Assembly (NCBI GenBank): GCA_002898395.1
Contig: BEHE01000011.1
Coordinates: forward strand, 1 to 64,000
Origin: Candidatus Calditenuaceae archaeon HR02
GTDB lineage: Archaea > Thermoproteota > Nitrososphaeria_A > Caldarchaeales > Calditenuaceae
Direction of reading: 5' to 3'
Length of the DNA stretch: 64,000 nucleotides
The first letter of the stretch is position 1; every line of letters starts with the position of its first letter. The notes beneath the pieces were generated by a model. The model did no database searches, had not been told where the DNA came from, and worked only from the letters and a program-made list of their open reading frames with translations. Shown piece after piece: positions 29,701 through 38,754 of this stretch. The position numbers were made by a program, and so were the translations under genes.

Positions 29701-30189
29701 CTAGGAGAGAAGCTCTCTTAGCCTCTCCATCAGCCTCCACACCCTGTCTCCGGGATGGTGGATGTTTTCGGCGACCCGCCCCCGACTCCTGGGCTGGATG
29801 GAGCCGCTGTCAACGAGTGCCCTGCATATGGCCAGGGCCCTGTCGTGCCTCTCATCCCTGACGACGACTAGGTTGCCCGCGCCGAAGTTCCCCCGGACCT
29901 TGACGACGCCAGGCCCCATGACGTCCGCCCCTCCAGCAATCTTAGCCACAGCTCCCATGTCGACGACGAGGCTCGGCATCGAGCGCAGCAGTGTCGCGTT
30001 TGCCTGCTCGTCTAGGGCTGGGAACCGGAGTCCGCCTTCCTGTGCGAGTATCAGACCGTCAAGCCAGTAGAGCCTGGCGCCCTCATCCTCCAGCACAGCA
30101 CCCTCCTTCACGCGGCTCCCGACACCGAGGCCCGCAAACTCCTCACAGACCCTCCGCAAATCACTCTTACTCAGCCTGTGGAATTTCAA
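29701..30189 (-). CDS. DUF1947/PUA domain RNA-binding protein (MCT-1/Tma20-like)
   Basis: LSKSD, VVDMGAV..GADVMGPG, NIHHPGD. Confidence 0.88.
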   Translation of the reverse strand: MKFHRLSKSDLRRVCEEFAGLGVGSRVKEGAVLEDEGARLYWLDGLILAQEGGLRFPALDEQANATLLRSMPSLVVDMGAVAKIAGGADVMGPGVVKVRGNFGAGNLVVVRDERHDRALAICRALVDSGSIQPRSRGRVAENIHHPGDRVWRLMERLRELLS

Positions 30190-30253
30190 GCCAGCTACAC
30201 GAAGTTTAGTCTACTGCCAAGCCATAAAAGCTACGGTGAGGCGGGGGAGCAGG

Positions 30254-30568
30254 ATGCCCAAGCGTCTGAGCAAGGTGGAGGCCGCTAGGCTCGTGCCAAC
30301 TATTAGGCCGTGGAGGCTCCGTGGAAGATATATCGTGAGGAGTTTGAGGACACGCGACTTCGCCGAGTCCCTCAGTCTCTTGAACAGGATTGCAAAGGCT
30401 GCGGAGAGGATGGGACACCACCCTGACGTGGAGCTAGGCTACGGCTACTTGAGGCTGAGGCTCACAACACACGACGCCGGTGGGTTGACGGTCCGCGACT
30501 TCAGGCTCGCCGAGAGTATTGAGAAGATTATCGACGCGTGGAGGAGGGCTAGGCCTGCTCGGAGATGA
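30254..30568 (+). CDS. Pterin-4-alpha-carbinolamine dehydratase
   Basis: AERMGHHPD, LTTHDAGGLT..D. Confidence 0.9.
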   Translation: MPKRLSKVEAARLVPTIRPWRLRGRYIVRSLRTRDFAESLSLLNRIAKAAERMGHHPDVELGYGYLRLRLTTHDAGGLTVRDFRLAESIEKIIDAWRRARPARR

Positions 30569-31598
30569 GCCTCAGGGCCTCCAGCGTCAGCTTATAGGCT
30601 GCCTCCAAGTCCCTCAGGTCCAAGACTAGGTGGGGTGAGTGGAGGTACCGACAGGGGACGCCGACCACGCCGGTAGCCACGCCCTTACCGTGCAGGTGAA
30701 TCCTACCCGCATCAGTCGCGCTCCCCGAAACTATCTGGGGCTGATAGGACACGCCAGCCCTCTCGGCCGCCCGAACCAGGAGGGAGTAGAACCTCCTATT
30801 AGTTATCATAGACGAGTCCATTATCCTAAGGGCGGCTCCGCGGCCGAGACGGGTTACGCGGCTCCGCTCTGGGACTCCGGGAGTGTCAGCCGCCACCGTC
30901 CCCTCCAGGACAATAGCGTATTGGGGGTTGACGCTGTTCACGGCGGTTGCGGCGCCCCTCAGCCCAACCTCCTCCTGGACTGTGAAGACTGCGTGGAGCT
31001 CGACGCCTATCTCCTCAGCCGCGGCCGCCCTAACCACAAGGGCGGAGATGACGCATCCAACCCTATCGTCGAAGGCCTTGCCCATGACCCTCGCGCCTAG
31101 AAGTCTGACGAAGTGGGCGGGGAAGGTGGCATAGCACCCAACCTTGACGCCGGCCGCCTCAGCTTCCTCCCTACTCGAGGCGCCTATGTCTATGTGGAGC
31201 TCCCTCAGCTCCGGCGTCCTCTTAACCTCCTCCTGTGTCGTGATGTGGGGTGGCTGGGCTCCTATACAGCCCTCCAGCGGTCCCTTCTCGGAGTGGACGA
31301 CGACCCTCTGGCCTACGAGGACCCGCGCGTCAAGCCCGCCCAGGTTTGTGAAGCTCAGGTATCCCTCATCATCTATCCAGCTCACCATCATAGCCACCTC
31401 GTCCATGTGGGCGGCGAGCATCACCCTCGGTCCCCTACCACCAACCCTGACGATAAGGTTCCCCATCACATCCTTCTCCACCGAGACAGCATAGTCCGCT
31501 AGGAATCCCCTAATCTCCTCTGCCACCGCGTCCTCGCCCCCCGGCGGCGCATAGCTCGTGCTAAGCCTCTCCAAGAGCCTGAGAGCCTCCTCCATCAC
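30549..31598 (-). CDS. M42 family (TET) aminopeptidase
   Basis: AHMDE, KAFDDR, QEEVGLRGA, TDAG, RYLHS. Confidence 0.92.
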   Translation of the reverse strand: MMEEALRLLERLSTSYAPPGGEDAVAEEIRGFLADYAVSVEKDVMGNLIVRVGGRGPRVMLAAHMDEVAMMVSWIDDEGYLSFTNLGGLDARVLVGQRVVVHSEKGPLEGCIGAQPPHITTQEEVKRTPELRELHIDIGASSREEAEAAGVKVGCYATFPAHFVRLLGARVMGKAFDDRVGCVISALVVRAAAAEEIGVELHAVFTVQEEVGLRGAATAVNSVNPQYAIVLEGTVAADTPGVPERSRVTRLGRGAALRIMDSSMITNRRFYSLLVRAAERAGVSYQPQIVSGSATDAGRIHLHGKGVATGVVGVPCRYLHSPHLVLDLRDLEAAYKLTLEALRLISEQA

Positions 31599-31688
31599 AG
31601 AGTAGGGGCGGCCTACTCAGCATAAAAATCGTTACCCAACCAACACCCTGGGCATGTCTTTATCACCAGCCGCCGCGCTGAGCATAGC

Positions 31689-32480
31689 TTGGAGGGTGGC
31701 GCGGCGCTGGCCAGGCTCCTCGTCCTAAAACTCGGAGGCTCCTTGGTCACTGAGAAGAGGATGGGCGGTGCTGTCAGGGTTGAGGCGCTTAGGAGGATTG
31801 GTGAGGCGCTCAAAGAAATCGCGGATAGGCCCTTGATAATTGTTCACGGTGGAGGGGGCAGGGTCCACGAGGTGGCTGGCGAGTACAGGGTCGCCCTGGG
31901 CACTGCCTCTCCTCGCGGAGTCGAGGGCTTCGTCAAGACCTCCATCGAGACTAGGAGGCTGAACCTCCAGGTAACGGAGATACTCGCGCAGGTCGGGCTC
32001 AGATGCGTAGGGTTCTCCTCAACCGCGGTCTTCCAGACTAGAAGAGGAAAAATAGTCACCGCAGGCCTCGACCCGATACTCGCCGCACTAGACAATGGTC
32101 TCGCTCCAATCCTCACTGGCGATGTGGTCTTCGACAGGGAGCTCGGCTTCACGGTCCTCTCAGGAGACACGATAGCGGTTGACCTCTCGCTAAGGCTAGG
32201 GGCGGAGAGGCTCGTCTTCGCAACAGATGTGGACGGAATATTTGAGCATCCCGGCGAGGGTGCCAGGCTTTTGAGAGAGCTTGACAGAAGGACTCTAGCC
32301 TCGGTGAGGTTTGGAGATGTGGGTGACGTGACTGGCGGAATGGCCTCGAAGGTTGAGGAGGCTTTGAGGGCCGCTGAGGCAGGTGTTGAGGTTTACGTCG
32401 TGAACGGCCTTAAGCCCTCCCGGGTTGTGGACGCGCTGCTGGGGAGGGAGACGATAGGGACGAGGATTCTAGGACAATAG
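31689..32480 (+). CDS. ipk: Isopentenyl phosphate kinase (amino acid kinase family)
   Basis: KLGGSLVT, VHGGG, GDVV..LSGD, DVDG, DVTGGMASK. Confidence 0.8.
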   Translation: MEGGAALARLLVLKLGGSLVTEKRMGGAVRVEALRRIGEALKEIADRPLIIVHGGGGRVHEVAGEYRVALGTASPRGVEGFVKTSIETRRLNLQVTEILAQVGLRCVGFSSTAVFQTRRGKIVTAGLDPILAALDNGLAPILTGDVVFDRELGFTVLSGDTIAVDLSLRLGAERLVFATDVDGIFEHPGEGARLLRELDRRTLASVRFGDVGDVTGGMASKVEEALRAAEAGVEVYVVNGLKPSRVVDALLGRETIGTRILGQ

Positions 32481-33470
32481 CTTTACTGGCGCCCCGCTCG
32501 CCGCAGACCTGTAGCACGCCTCCTTGAAGGCCGCCACCTTCAAGCCGTCTTCCGCACTAGCGGCAGGCTTCTCCAACCCCCTAATAGCCCTAACAAAGTT
32601 GGTGAGCGGGCTTGAGGAGGGCGGAACCTCTCCCATAGGCCGCCTCACACTCTGCGCCTCACTATCCATAACCCAGACATTCCTAGAGCCGAGCTCGTCG
32701 AGATAGGAGAGGAGGCCGCCTGGACAGTATATCCTCAGCCTCTCTGACCAGAGAGGTGCATCGCCCATCAGGGATATACTTGCCACACATCCGTCAAACC
32801 AGGCAGTGATCGCTGCCACGAGCTCGGCGCCCCAGCCCTCCTTTGAAGATAAGGCTGCGTATACCGCGCGGGGCAGCCCACCCATAATCCAGAGCACCAT
32901 GTCGACGATGTGGCTCCCAGAGTCCATCAGGAAGCCCCCGCCTGCGAGCCTCGGGTCTGCCCTCCAAGTCCCCCTCGAGAGCCTCGTCCAGTCCTGAGAG
33001 AGCTGGTGCTCTATGTATACAGGTCTGCCAAGACCTCTAGGCGAAGCCATCTGCTTAATGTATCTGAATAGGCCGTCGGTCCTCCTCTGATACCCGACAG
33101 CGACTACGCGGCCGGACTCCTCAGCGGCTTTCACGACCTCCCGCGCCTCCTCAACACTAATAACCATGGGCTTCTCGACTAGGACATGGAGGCCTCTCTT
33201 CAGAGCCTCGAGTATCTGCCCCGTGTGGTAGGCGTGGGGCGTGAGTACTAGGACGCCGTCGAGGTTCTCGCGGTCAAGCATCTCAATGTAGTCTGAGTAT
33301 TCCTTCGCGCCGCCGAGGTGGGGTGCGGCCGCCTTCAGCCTGGCAACCGCTTCCCTGTTCGGGTCGCAGAGGGCGACGACCTCAGCGCCCAGCTCCCCAG
33401 TGAGGGACTTAGCGTGGAAGCCGGCTATTCCTCCGCAGCCTATGAAGGCGAGCCTCAGCCTATCACTCAT
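32469..33470 (-). CDS. Gfo/Idh/MocA family oxidoreductase
   Basis: FIGCGGIA, VEKP, GGGFLMDSGSH; start MSDRLRL. Confidence 0.9.
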   Translation of the reverse strand: MSDRLRLAFIGCGGIAGFHAKSLTGELGAEVVALCDPNREAVARLKAAAPHLGGAKEYSDYIEMLDRENLDGVLVLTPHAYHTGQILEALKRGLHVLVEKPMVISVEEAREVVKAAEESGRVVAVGYQRRTDGLFRYIKQMASPRGLGRPVYIEHQLSQDWTRLSRGTWRADPRLAGGGFLMDSGSHIVDMVLWIMGGLPRAVYAALSSKEGWGAELVAAITAWFDGCVASISLMGDAPLWSERLRIYCPGGLLSYLDELGSRNVWVMDSEAQSVRRPMGEVPPSSSPLTNFVRAIRGLEKPAASAEDGLKVAAFKEACYRSAASGAPVKLLS

Positions 33471-33562
33471 TGAACCTTCCCCTGACACTTGTCGCAAACC
33501 CTCTTACCCTTAACCATCACCAGCTTCTCAGTCTTCCTACCGCAGAGCTGGCACCTGGGCAT
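33467..33562 (-). CDS. 31-aa CxxC...CxxC zinc-finger microprotein (not in ORF track)
   Basis: MPRCQLCGRKTEKLVMVKGKRVCDKCQGKVQ*; GGGGTGGG RBS; ATGA overlap with the next gene. Confidence 0.75.
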   Translation of the reverse strand: MPRCQLCGRKTEKLVMVKGKRVCDKCQGKVQ

Positions 33563-33604
33563 CCCACCCCAACACCCCTAAACCCCACACGTATCTAGCA
33601 GGGC

Positions 33605-34432
33605 TTAACCCTTTCCCCAGCCCTTGCGAGTGGCTAGAGCCAGCCTCTCCAGCTGCGTGGTCGAGAGTTTAGCCGGGAACCCTATGAGAAGCCTTACACC
33701 GCTCGAGACCAGGCAGGCCACCCTCTCAGCCGCCTCACCGACGCTCCCGACTATCGAGACCCTTAAAGCCTCCCGCAAGCCCAGAGAGCCTCCCCCCAGA
33801 GCCTCGACAAGCCTCTTCCTCCGCCGGGCATAAGAGACCAAGACCCTCTCAGCCTCCCCAACCACCCCATCGCCTATGTAGAACGGCGCATAGACCGCCA
33901 CACCCCTCTTCGGCGAGTCAGCGAATCTCCTCACCTCCTCCACGCCCTCGTCTAGTAGGAGGAAGGGTATGCAGCTTATGCTGCCACAGATTTGCCTCGA
34001 GACTTTCTCGACGTTCTCGGTCCCCAGAAGCATAAGCCTCCCGTTCAGAACCTTCTCTGCAGCCATGCACGCAGACCAGAGGAGCCTGCCGGGCCTGACT
34101 GAGGCCTCATCGGCGCTTAGGTAGGCCGGGTTCCCCGCGACAATACACAGCCCCATCGAGTCGCGCCTAGACAGTATCTCGAGGTAGCCTGGCAAGAGGC
34201 TGTTGAAGTCACCACGTCTCACAGGGACTGTTGGGACAATAGCGGGCCCACCTATCTCCTCGGAGAACTTGGCTACGGCCTCGACGTCCACGGGCTGGAG
34301 GTCGTCAACTGCCCTCTCAGAATCTAAGACTATAACATCGAAGCCGATACTAGACGCCGACTCTACTATGCGGATAAGCTCCCTCCTCTTAGCCTTGCGG
34401 CTTAGGCCAAGCATGCTAGGCTTCAGAGCCAA
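33605..34432 (-). CDS. Hypothetical TIM-barrel / luciferase-like protein
   Basis: ALKP, VPTVPVR, VAGNPAYL, LGTE, VAVYAP pattern recalling a haloarchaeal luciferase-like family; possible start at 34460 via a 1-nt slip. Confidence 0.55.
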   Translation of the reverse strand: MALKPSMLGLSRKAKRRELIRIVESASSIGFDVIVLDSERAVDDLQPVDVEAVAKFSEEIGGPAIVPTVPVRRGDFNSLLPGYLEILSRRDSMGLCIVAGNPAYLSADEASVRPGRLLWSACMAAEKVLNGRLMLLGTENVEKVSRQICGSISCIPFLLLDEGVEEVRRFADSPKRGVAVYAPFYIGDGVVGEAERVLVSYARRRKRLVEALGGGSLGLREALRVSIVGSVGEAAERVACLVSSGVRLLIGFPAKLSTTQLERLALATRKGWGKG

Positions 34433-34518
34433 GCCCAGCTGGAACTAGACCACCGCTCATGCCTTACCGATATGTGGCTCTCCCCGAGCTTTTAAGGATT
34501 ACTGACCAGCCTAACCCA

Positions 34519-35085
34519 TCAGCCGAGCCCCACTTCCTGCTGCATGTCGCGGTGTTGGCGGAGGAGTAGTTTTAGATCATCCACCAGCCTGTCAAACCCG
34601 TCGTCTATTCTGTAAGTCTTAACGTTTTTCGAGAGGTCTGGGTCGACAACATCTGAAGCGATAACACACCCCAGTATGGGATCCTCACACCCTGCCAGGA
34701 GACTGGAAACCTCACCGCTGTCTCTACCCACAACCAACTTTACCACCCTCCTACTCTTCGATAGAGCATCATAGAACCCCTCCATGAACAAGACGTCGAC
34801 GTCTGTGGCGCTGAGCAGTTTTAGGAGCCCGGCCTCGCTGTAGTCGGTCGGGGCCTTATGTATGACGGCCCACTCGTTGGGCGATATTATGTAGACGGCC
34901 TGCGCCCCCGCCTCTGTGAAGCGCCAGCTGTCCTTGCCCCTAGTGTCGATGGTAAAGTCGGGGTGGTGGACGTGCTTAGCGACCCCAACCCTTACACCCT
35001 CTCTCCGCAGCGAGTGGACAAGCATCTCTATCGTCCTGGTTTTCCCAGCCTTCTTCCTGCCGAAAACCGCGACTAATAACGTCAA
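34519..35085 (-). CDS. mobB: Molybdopterin-guanine dinucleotide biosynthesis protein B
   Basis: GRKKAGKT, KHVHH, GKDSWRF..AGA, MEGF. Confidence 0.9.
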   Translation of the reverse strand: MTLLVAVFGRKKAGKTRTIEMLVHSLRREGVRVGVAKHVHHPDFTIDTRGKDSWRFTEAGAQAVYIISPNEWAVIHKAPTDYSEAGLLKLLSATDVDVLFMEGFYDALSKSRRVVKLVVGRDSGEVSSLLAGCEDPILGCVIASDVVDPDLSKNVKTYRIDDGFDRLVDDLKLLLRQHRDMQQEVGLG

Positions 35086-35098
35086 GGGCCCACCTTCT

Positions 35099-36328
35099 TC
35101 ATCGGATCAGATGGACTGGGACTACTTGACCCCTCTCAACCCCTCTCCCCTCTTCCAACATAATGAAGCCATCAGTCCAGGCGATACTTCTCAGAGAGTT
35201 TGTACCCCAGCCAAACGGGTGTGCCACATAACCGTTACCAGCCTTCTCAATTCTTACAAACACGAGCTGCCCCATACCCGGCCTAGCCGCCACACTATCC
35301 CCACAGGAGGCGAAGACTACAACATCCTCAGGCTCTACGAGGCCTTGAAGAATGTTAAGCAGAGGACGGCCCAAGAGGTAGAGGGCAGCCGTCATAGACA
35401 CGACATGCCCTGGAAGCATCAGGATAGGCCTCGCGCCAAGCATGGCGAACCCTGACGGCTTCGCGGGCATGCACCTGATTCCGTGGAAGAGAATAGAGGC
35501 GCCAGGCATAGACACTACAACCTTTGGAACTATGTCGTTTTCCCCGACCGAGCATCCGCCGAGAGTGAACACCGCCTCACACTTCTGAGCCGCATCCCCC
35601 AGCTTCTCCTCTAAAGTGACGGGGTCGTCCGGCGAGACATCGATCATAGATACCTCGCCGCCCATGGCTTCGATCTTCCTGGCCGCTATGTAGGCGTAGT
35701 TTATCGCCCTGACTCCTCTTTCCTGGTATCCTTCATAGAGCTCGTCGCCAACAGCTATCAGGGCCACCCGGCATCTCCTATAGACGGCCACCCTCTCGAT
35801 ACCCACCTCCATCAGCATGGCGACTTCCTCAGGCCTTATCCTTCTCCCTTTGCCCACTATTTTGTCACCAACTCTGACCACCTCGCCCGCAGGCATTATG
35901 TTCTTACCCCTCGGAACTCTGCGGACAATCTCCACGTAGCCTCCAACCCTCCGCGCGTTTTCACGCTTAACTACGGCGTCAGCTCCATCCGGAATCCACG
36001 AGCCCGTATTGACGTATACAGCCTCGCCCCTGGACAGCCTACCCAAACCTCCACCCACCTCGCGCAACCTCACAGGATGAGCTACCGACGCGGCCTCAAG
36101 GTCTACACTCGCGACAGAGTAGCCGTCAACCGCAGCAACCGGATAAGCCGGAACATTCACGGCAGAGTAAACGTCATCCGCGGATACGCGGCCCGCCGCA
36201 TCCTCTACCTTGACCTCCTCAACACGCGGGAAGTATTCAGAGAAGGCTCCTCTAATCAGCTCCAAAGCATCTTTAAGGGAAATGAGCTTGAGAACAGTCT
36301 TCTCTTCTCCATCATCTTTTGAGATCAT
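35099..36328 (-). CDS. moeA: Molybdopterin molybdenumtransferase
   Basis: AVDGY, TGSWIPDGADAVV, GDEL, GGCSVG, LPGH. Confidence 0.9.
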   Translation of the reverse strand: MISKDDGEEKTVLKLISLKDALELIRGAFSEYFPRVEEVKVEDAAGRVSADDVYSAVNVPAYPVAAVDGYSVASVDLEAASVAHPVRLREVGGGLGRLSRGEAVYVNTGSWIPDGADAVVKRENARRVGGYVEIVRRVPRGKNIMPAGEVVRVGDKIVGKGRRIRPEEVAMLMEVGIERVAVYRRCRVALIAVGDELYEGYQERGVRAINYAYIAARKIEAMGGEVSMIDVSPDDPVTLEEKLGDAAQKCEAVFTLGGCSVGENDIVPKVVVSMPGASILFHGIRCMPAKPSGFAMLGARPILMLPGHVVSMTAALYLLGRPLLNILQGLVEPEDVVVFASCGDSVAARPGMGQLVFVRIEKAGNGYVAHPFGWGTNSLRSIAWTDGFIMLEEGRGVERGQVVPVHLIR

Positions 36329-36451
36329 AAGCTCATTATCGTAGGCACACCTGCTTTTTTAAACCTATTCCACCCCTTAGGGGCCTTCGACTAAAAAAGG
36401 ATGGGCTGAAGGGAGTTTGCAGCCTAGTAATTGGGCTGGCTGCTCCAGTAC

Positions 36452-36847
36452 CTAGCCCCTATATGCTATCGCGTCTATTTCTACGAGGAACTGGTCGGAG
36501 ACCATCTTGACTGAGACTGTGGTCCTGGCTGGAGGCGCCTCGGGGAAGAACTCCCTGTAGACCTCGTTCATGGCAGCGAAGTCCTCCGGCCTCGCAAGAT
36601 AGACATTAACCTTCACCACGTCCTTGAGACTCGCACCAGCGGCGGCGAGTATCTCCCTAATATTTTCCAACACCCTCCTCGTCTGCGTCCGCACATCCCC
36701 ACCAACCACCTTCCCAGTCGCGGGGTCTATCGCCACCTGTCCTGCCACGAAGATCCATCCGCCCGCCTTAATCGCCTGTGAGTAGGGCCCGGCCGGGCGG
36801 GGCCCCCTCTCAGTAAAGACAACCTCCCGAGTCATAGGACATCGCAC
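36452..36847 (-). CDS. ridA: RidA (YjgF/YER057c/UK114) enamine deaminase
   Basis: GPYSQA, AGQ, MNEVY..PART, VEIDAIA. Confidence 0.92.
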   Translation of the reverse strand: MRCPMTREVVFTERGPRPAGPYSQAIKAGGWIFVAGQVAIDPATGKVVGGDVRTQTRRVLENIREILAAAGASLKDVVKVNVYLARPEDFAAMNEVYREFFPEAPPARTTVSVKMVSDQFLVEIDAIAYRG

Positions 36848-37060
36848 TATAACTACTTCATGGTCGTTATAAACTAGCCGGCGACCCCTATCACCGCCTA
36901 TCCTGCAGGACAGGGTGGGAGAACAGGCTGGACTAATCGTAAGCAGCGCAGATTAGGCTTGGCAACGCCGCGTAGTGTTTAATGTAGTGATACGCGGATG
37001 CTCTCGAAGCCATGAGCCTGATTTAACATTATATGTCAGTCGTCCCGCAGACTTGCCCGC

Positions 37061-38731
37061 ATGAGGACTGCTTGGCCGGTGCTGATCCTCGCAGCGTTGG
37101 TGATTGCGCAGATAGCCGTTGCTAACGCTGGACTGGCCACCACTCGGCTACTCTTCGGCGGTTCAGGTAGCGATGACGCCTCAGGTATAGCGGTCGACCC
37201 AAACTACATCTACCTAGTAGGTACTACGACGAGTTTCGGGCCAAATCCACCCAACCTCCTCCTCTCAATATTCAGGCTCGATAACAGCCACAAGTGCAGC
37301 GTAGCGGTCGACCTAGGAGGCGGAGAGCAGGGATTTAAAGTGGTAGCCCGGGGCGGCTCCATCTACGCGCTGGGGCAAACTAGTCTCGGCACTGACCCCC
37401 CAAACATATTGCTAGTCAAGTTCGACACTAGCTGCAACGTCTTGGGATCGGCCGTCTACAATGTTGATGGGGTTGATAATCCCTTCGGCCTGGCTATCAG
37501 CGACGACGGCAGCACCCTCTACATATCGGGATACTCAACCTCTGCGGCCCATCTACTCGCGGTAAGTGCCTCAACACTATCAGTATCCTGGGCGAGGCTG
37601 GTCAAAGTCTCTGGCGGAGGCGATGCCATATACTCGGTCACGTTCAGCGGCGACAAGCTATACCTCACGGGTAGGACCGATACAAATGACCTCTTCATCT
37701 CAAGGTTCGACGCGACAACGGGGAACCACGATCTGACGAAGGTTTTCGCAACGCCTCAAGGAGAGGCGGGGCTCGACATCGCAGTCTCAGCCGGTAAAGT
37801 ATACGTTGCGGGATATGCCGACGACGATGACTTTCTCTTGATGAGGCTTGATGTGGCGAGCCTTAGCGTGGATTGGTCCAAGCTAGTAAGCACGCCCTCA
37901 CCCGAGAAGCTTAATGCAGTCTCGATTCTTGGAGGATTGGTCTATGCGGTGGGTGACACTAGCGTTTTCGGCACCCCCGATGCTCCGGTAATAGCTGTCA
38001 GGGCTTCGGATGGTGAGCTCTCTCATGCCTTCCTCATCGTGGAGGGTGGCTCTGCCCAGGCGGCATATGATGCGGCAATCTCAGGGTCCTGTCTAATATT
38101 TACGGGGACCAGCGGTAATTGGCCAGTCTATTACTTTGTCTTCGATGGATTATCTGTAGGGTCTATTAGCTTCACTATATCCTCGCCAACACCCTTAATT
38201 GCGAATCCCTCTCCCGCGCCGATTAGTCACGCGGTGACAACCACTCCGTTCACGCCAAGCATCAATACTCCCGCCTCGACCGATGCTTTCTACAGCTGGT
38301 TCTGCCCAGACACGCTAGTGGTATCCACCACTACTACCACAACCTCCCTCACCACGGCCACCCTCTCGACAACCCTAACCTCAACCATACAGACCACGGT
38401 GACGGCCTATGACATTAGGTCGACAACTATAACCCAGACCTCAGTCACGACTAGGACCGACGCCGTCACAGCAACTCTGACCACAACGTCGACCCAGACC
38501 GAGACCCTACGCACAACCATGACCAGGACCGAGACCACCACACTATCAACAACATACACCACCGCAACCACATTCTCGACTACAGAAACCTACAAGACAA
38601 CACTCACGTCAACCCAGTACTTTGCAGAGCCGCTGTCCACCTACGCACTCCCAGCACTCCTCGCAGTCATCGCAGTCCTTCTCGGAGTCTCCTTGATAAG
38701 TAGGCGGAGAAGGAAGCTGTTGTCCTACTGA
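37061..38731 (+). CDS. Cell-surface protein: beta-propeller-like repeats, Thr-rich stalk, C-terminal TM anchor
   Basis: Signal peptide; repeats of IAV..IYLVG.T; long Thr tract; TM followed by RRRRK. Confidence 0.85.
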   Translation: MRTAWPVLILAALVIAQIAVANAGLATTRLLFGGSGSDDASGIAVDPNYIYLVGTTTSFGPNPPNLLLSIFRLDNSHKCSVAVDLGGGEQGFKVVARGGSIYALGQTSLGTDPPNILLVKFDTSCNVLGSAVYNVDGVDNPFGLAISDDGSTLYISGYSTSAAHLLAVSASTLSVSWARLVKVSGGGDAIYSVTFSGDKLYLTGRTDTNDLFISRFDATTGNHDLTKVFATPQGEAGLDIAVSAGKVYVAGYADDDDFLLMRLDVASLSVDWSKLVSTPSPEKLNAVSILGGLVYAVGDTSVFGTPDAPVIAVRASDGELSHAFLIVEGGSAQAAYDAAISGSCLIFTGTSGNWPVYYFVFDGLSVGSISFTISSPTPLIANPSPAPISHAVTTTPFTPSINTPASTDAFYSWFCPDTLVVSTTTTTTSLTTATLSTTLTSTIQTTVTAYDIRSTTITQTSVTTRTDAVTATLTTTSTQTETLRTTMTRTETTTLSTTYTTATTFSTTETYKTTLTSTQYFAEPLSTYALPALLAVIAVLLGVSLISRRRRKLLSY

Positions 38732-38754
38732 TGCCAAACCACTATATCTCCATG

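Noticed and set aside
29541-29720. Possible small gene divergent from RHH-parA, broken in a G6 run
   Set aside because: It needs a frameshift and has no recognisable motif.
33467-33562. Ribosomal protein (L40e/S27-like) call for the microprotein
   Set aside because: Length and Cys spacing do not match those proteins.
38330-38620. ACN-rich low-complexity DNA
   Set aside because: Explained by the Thr-rich protein stalk; not an independent repeat element.
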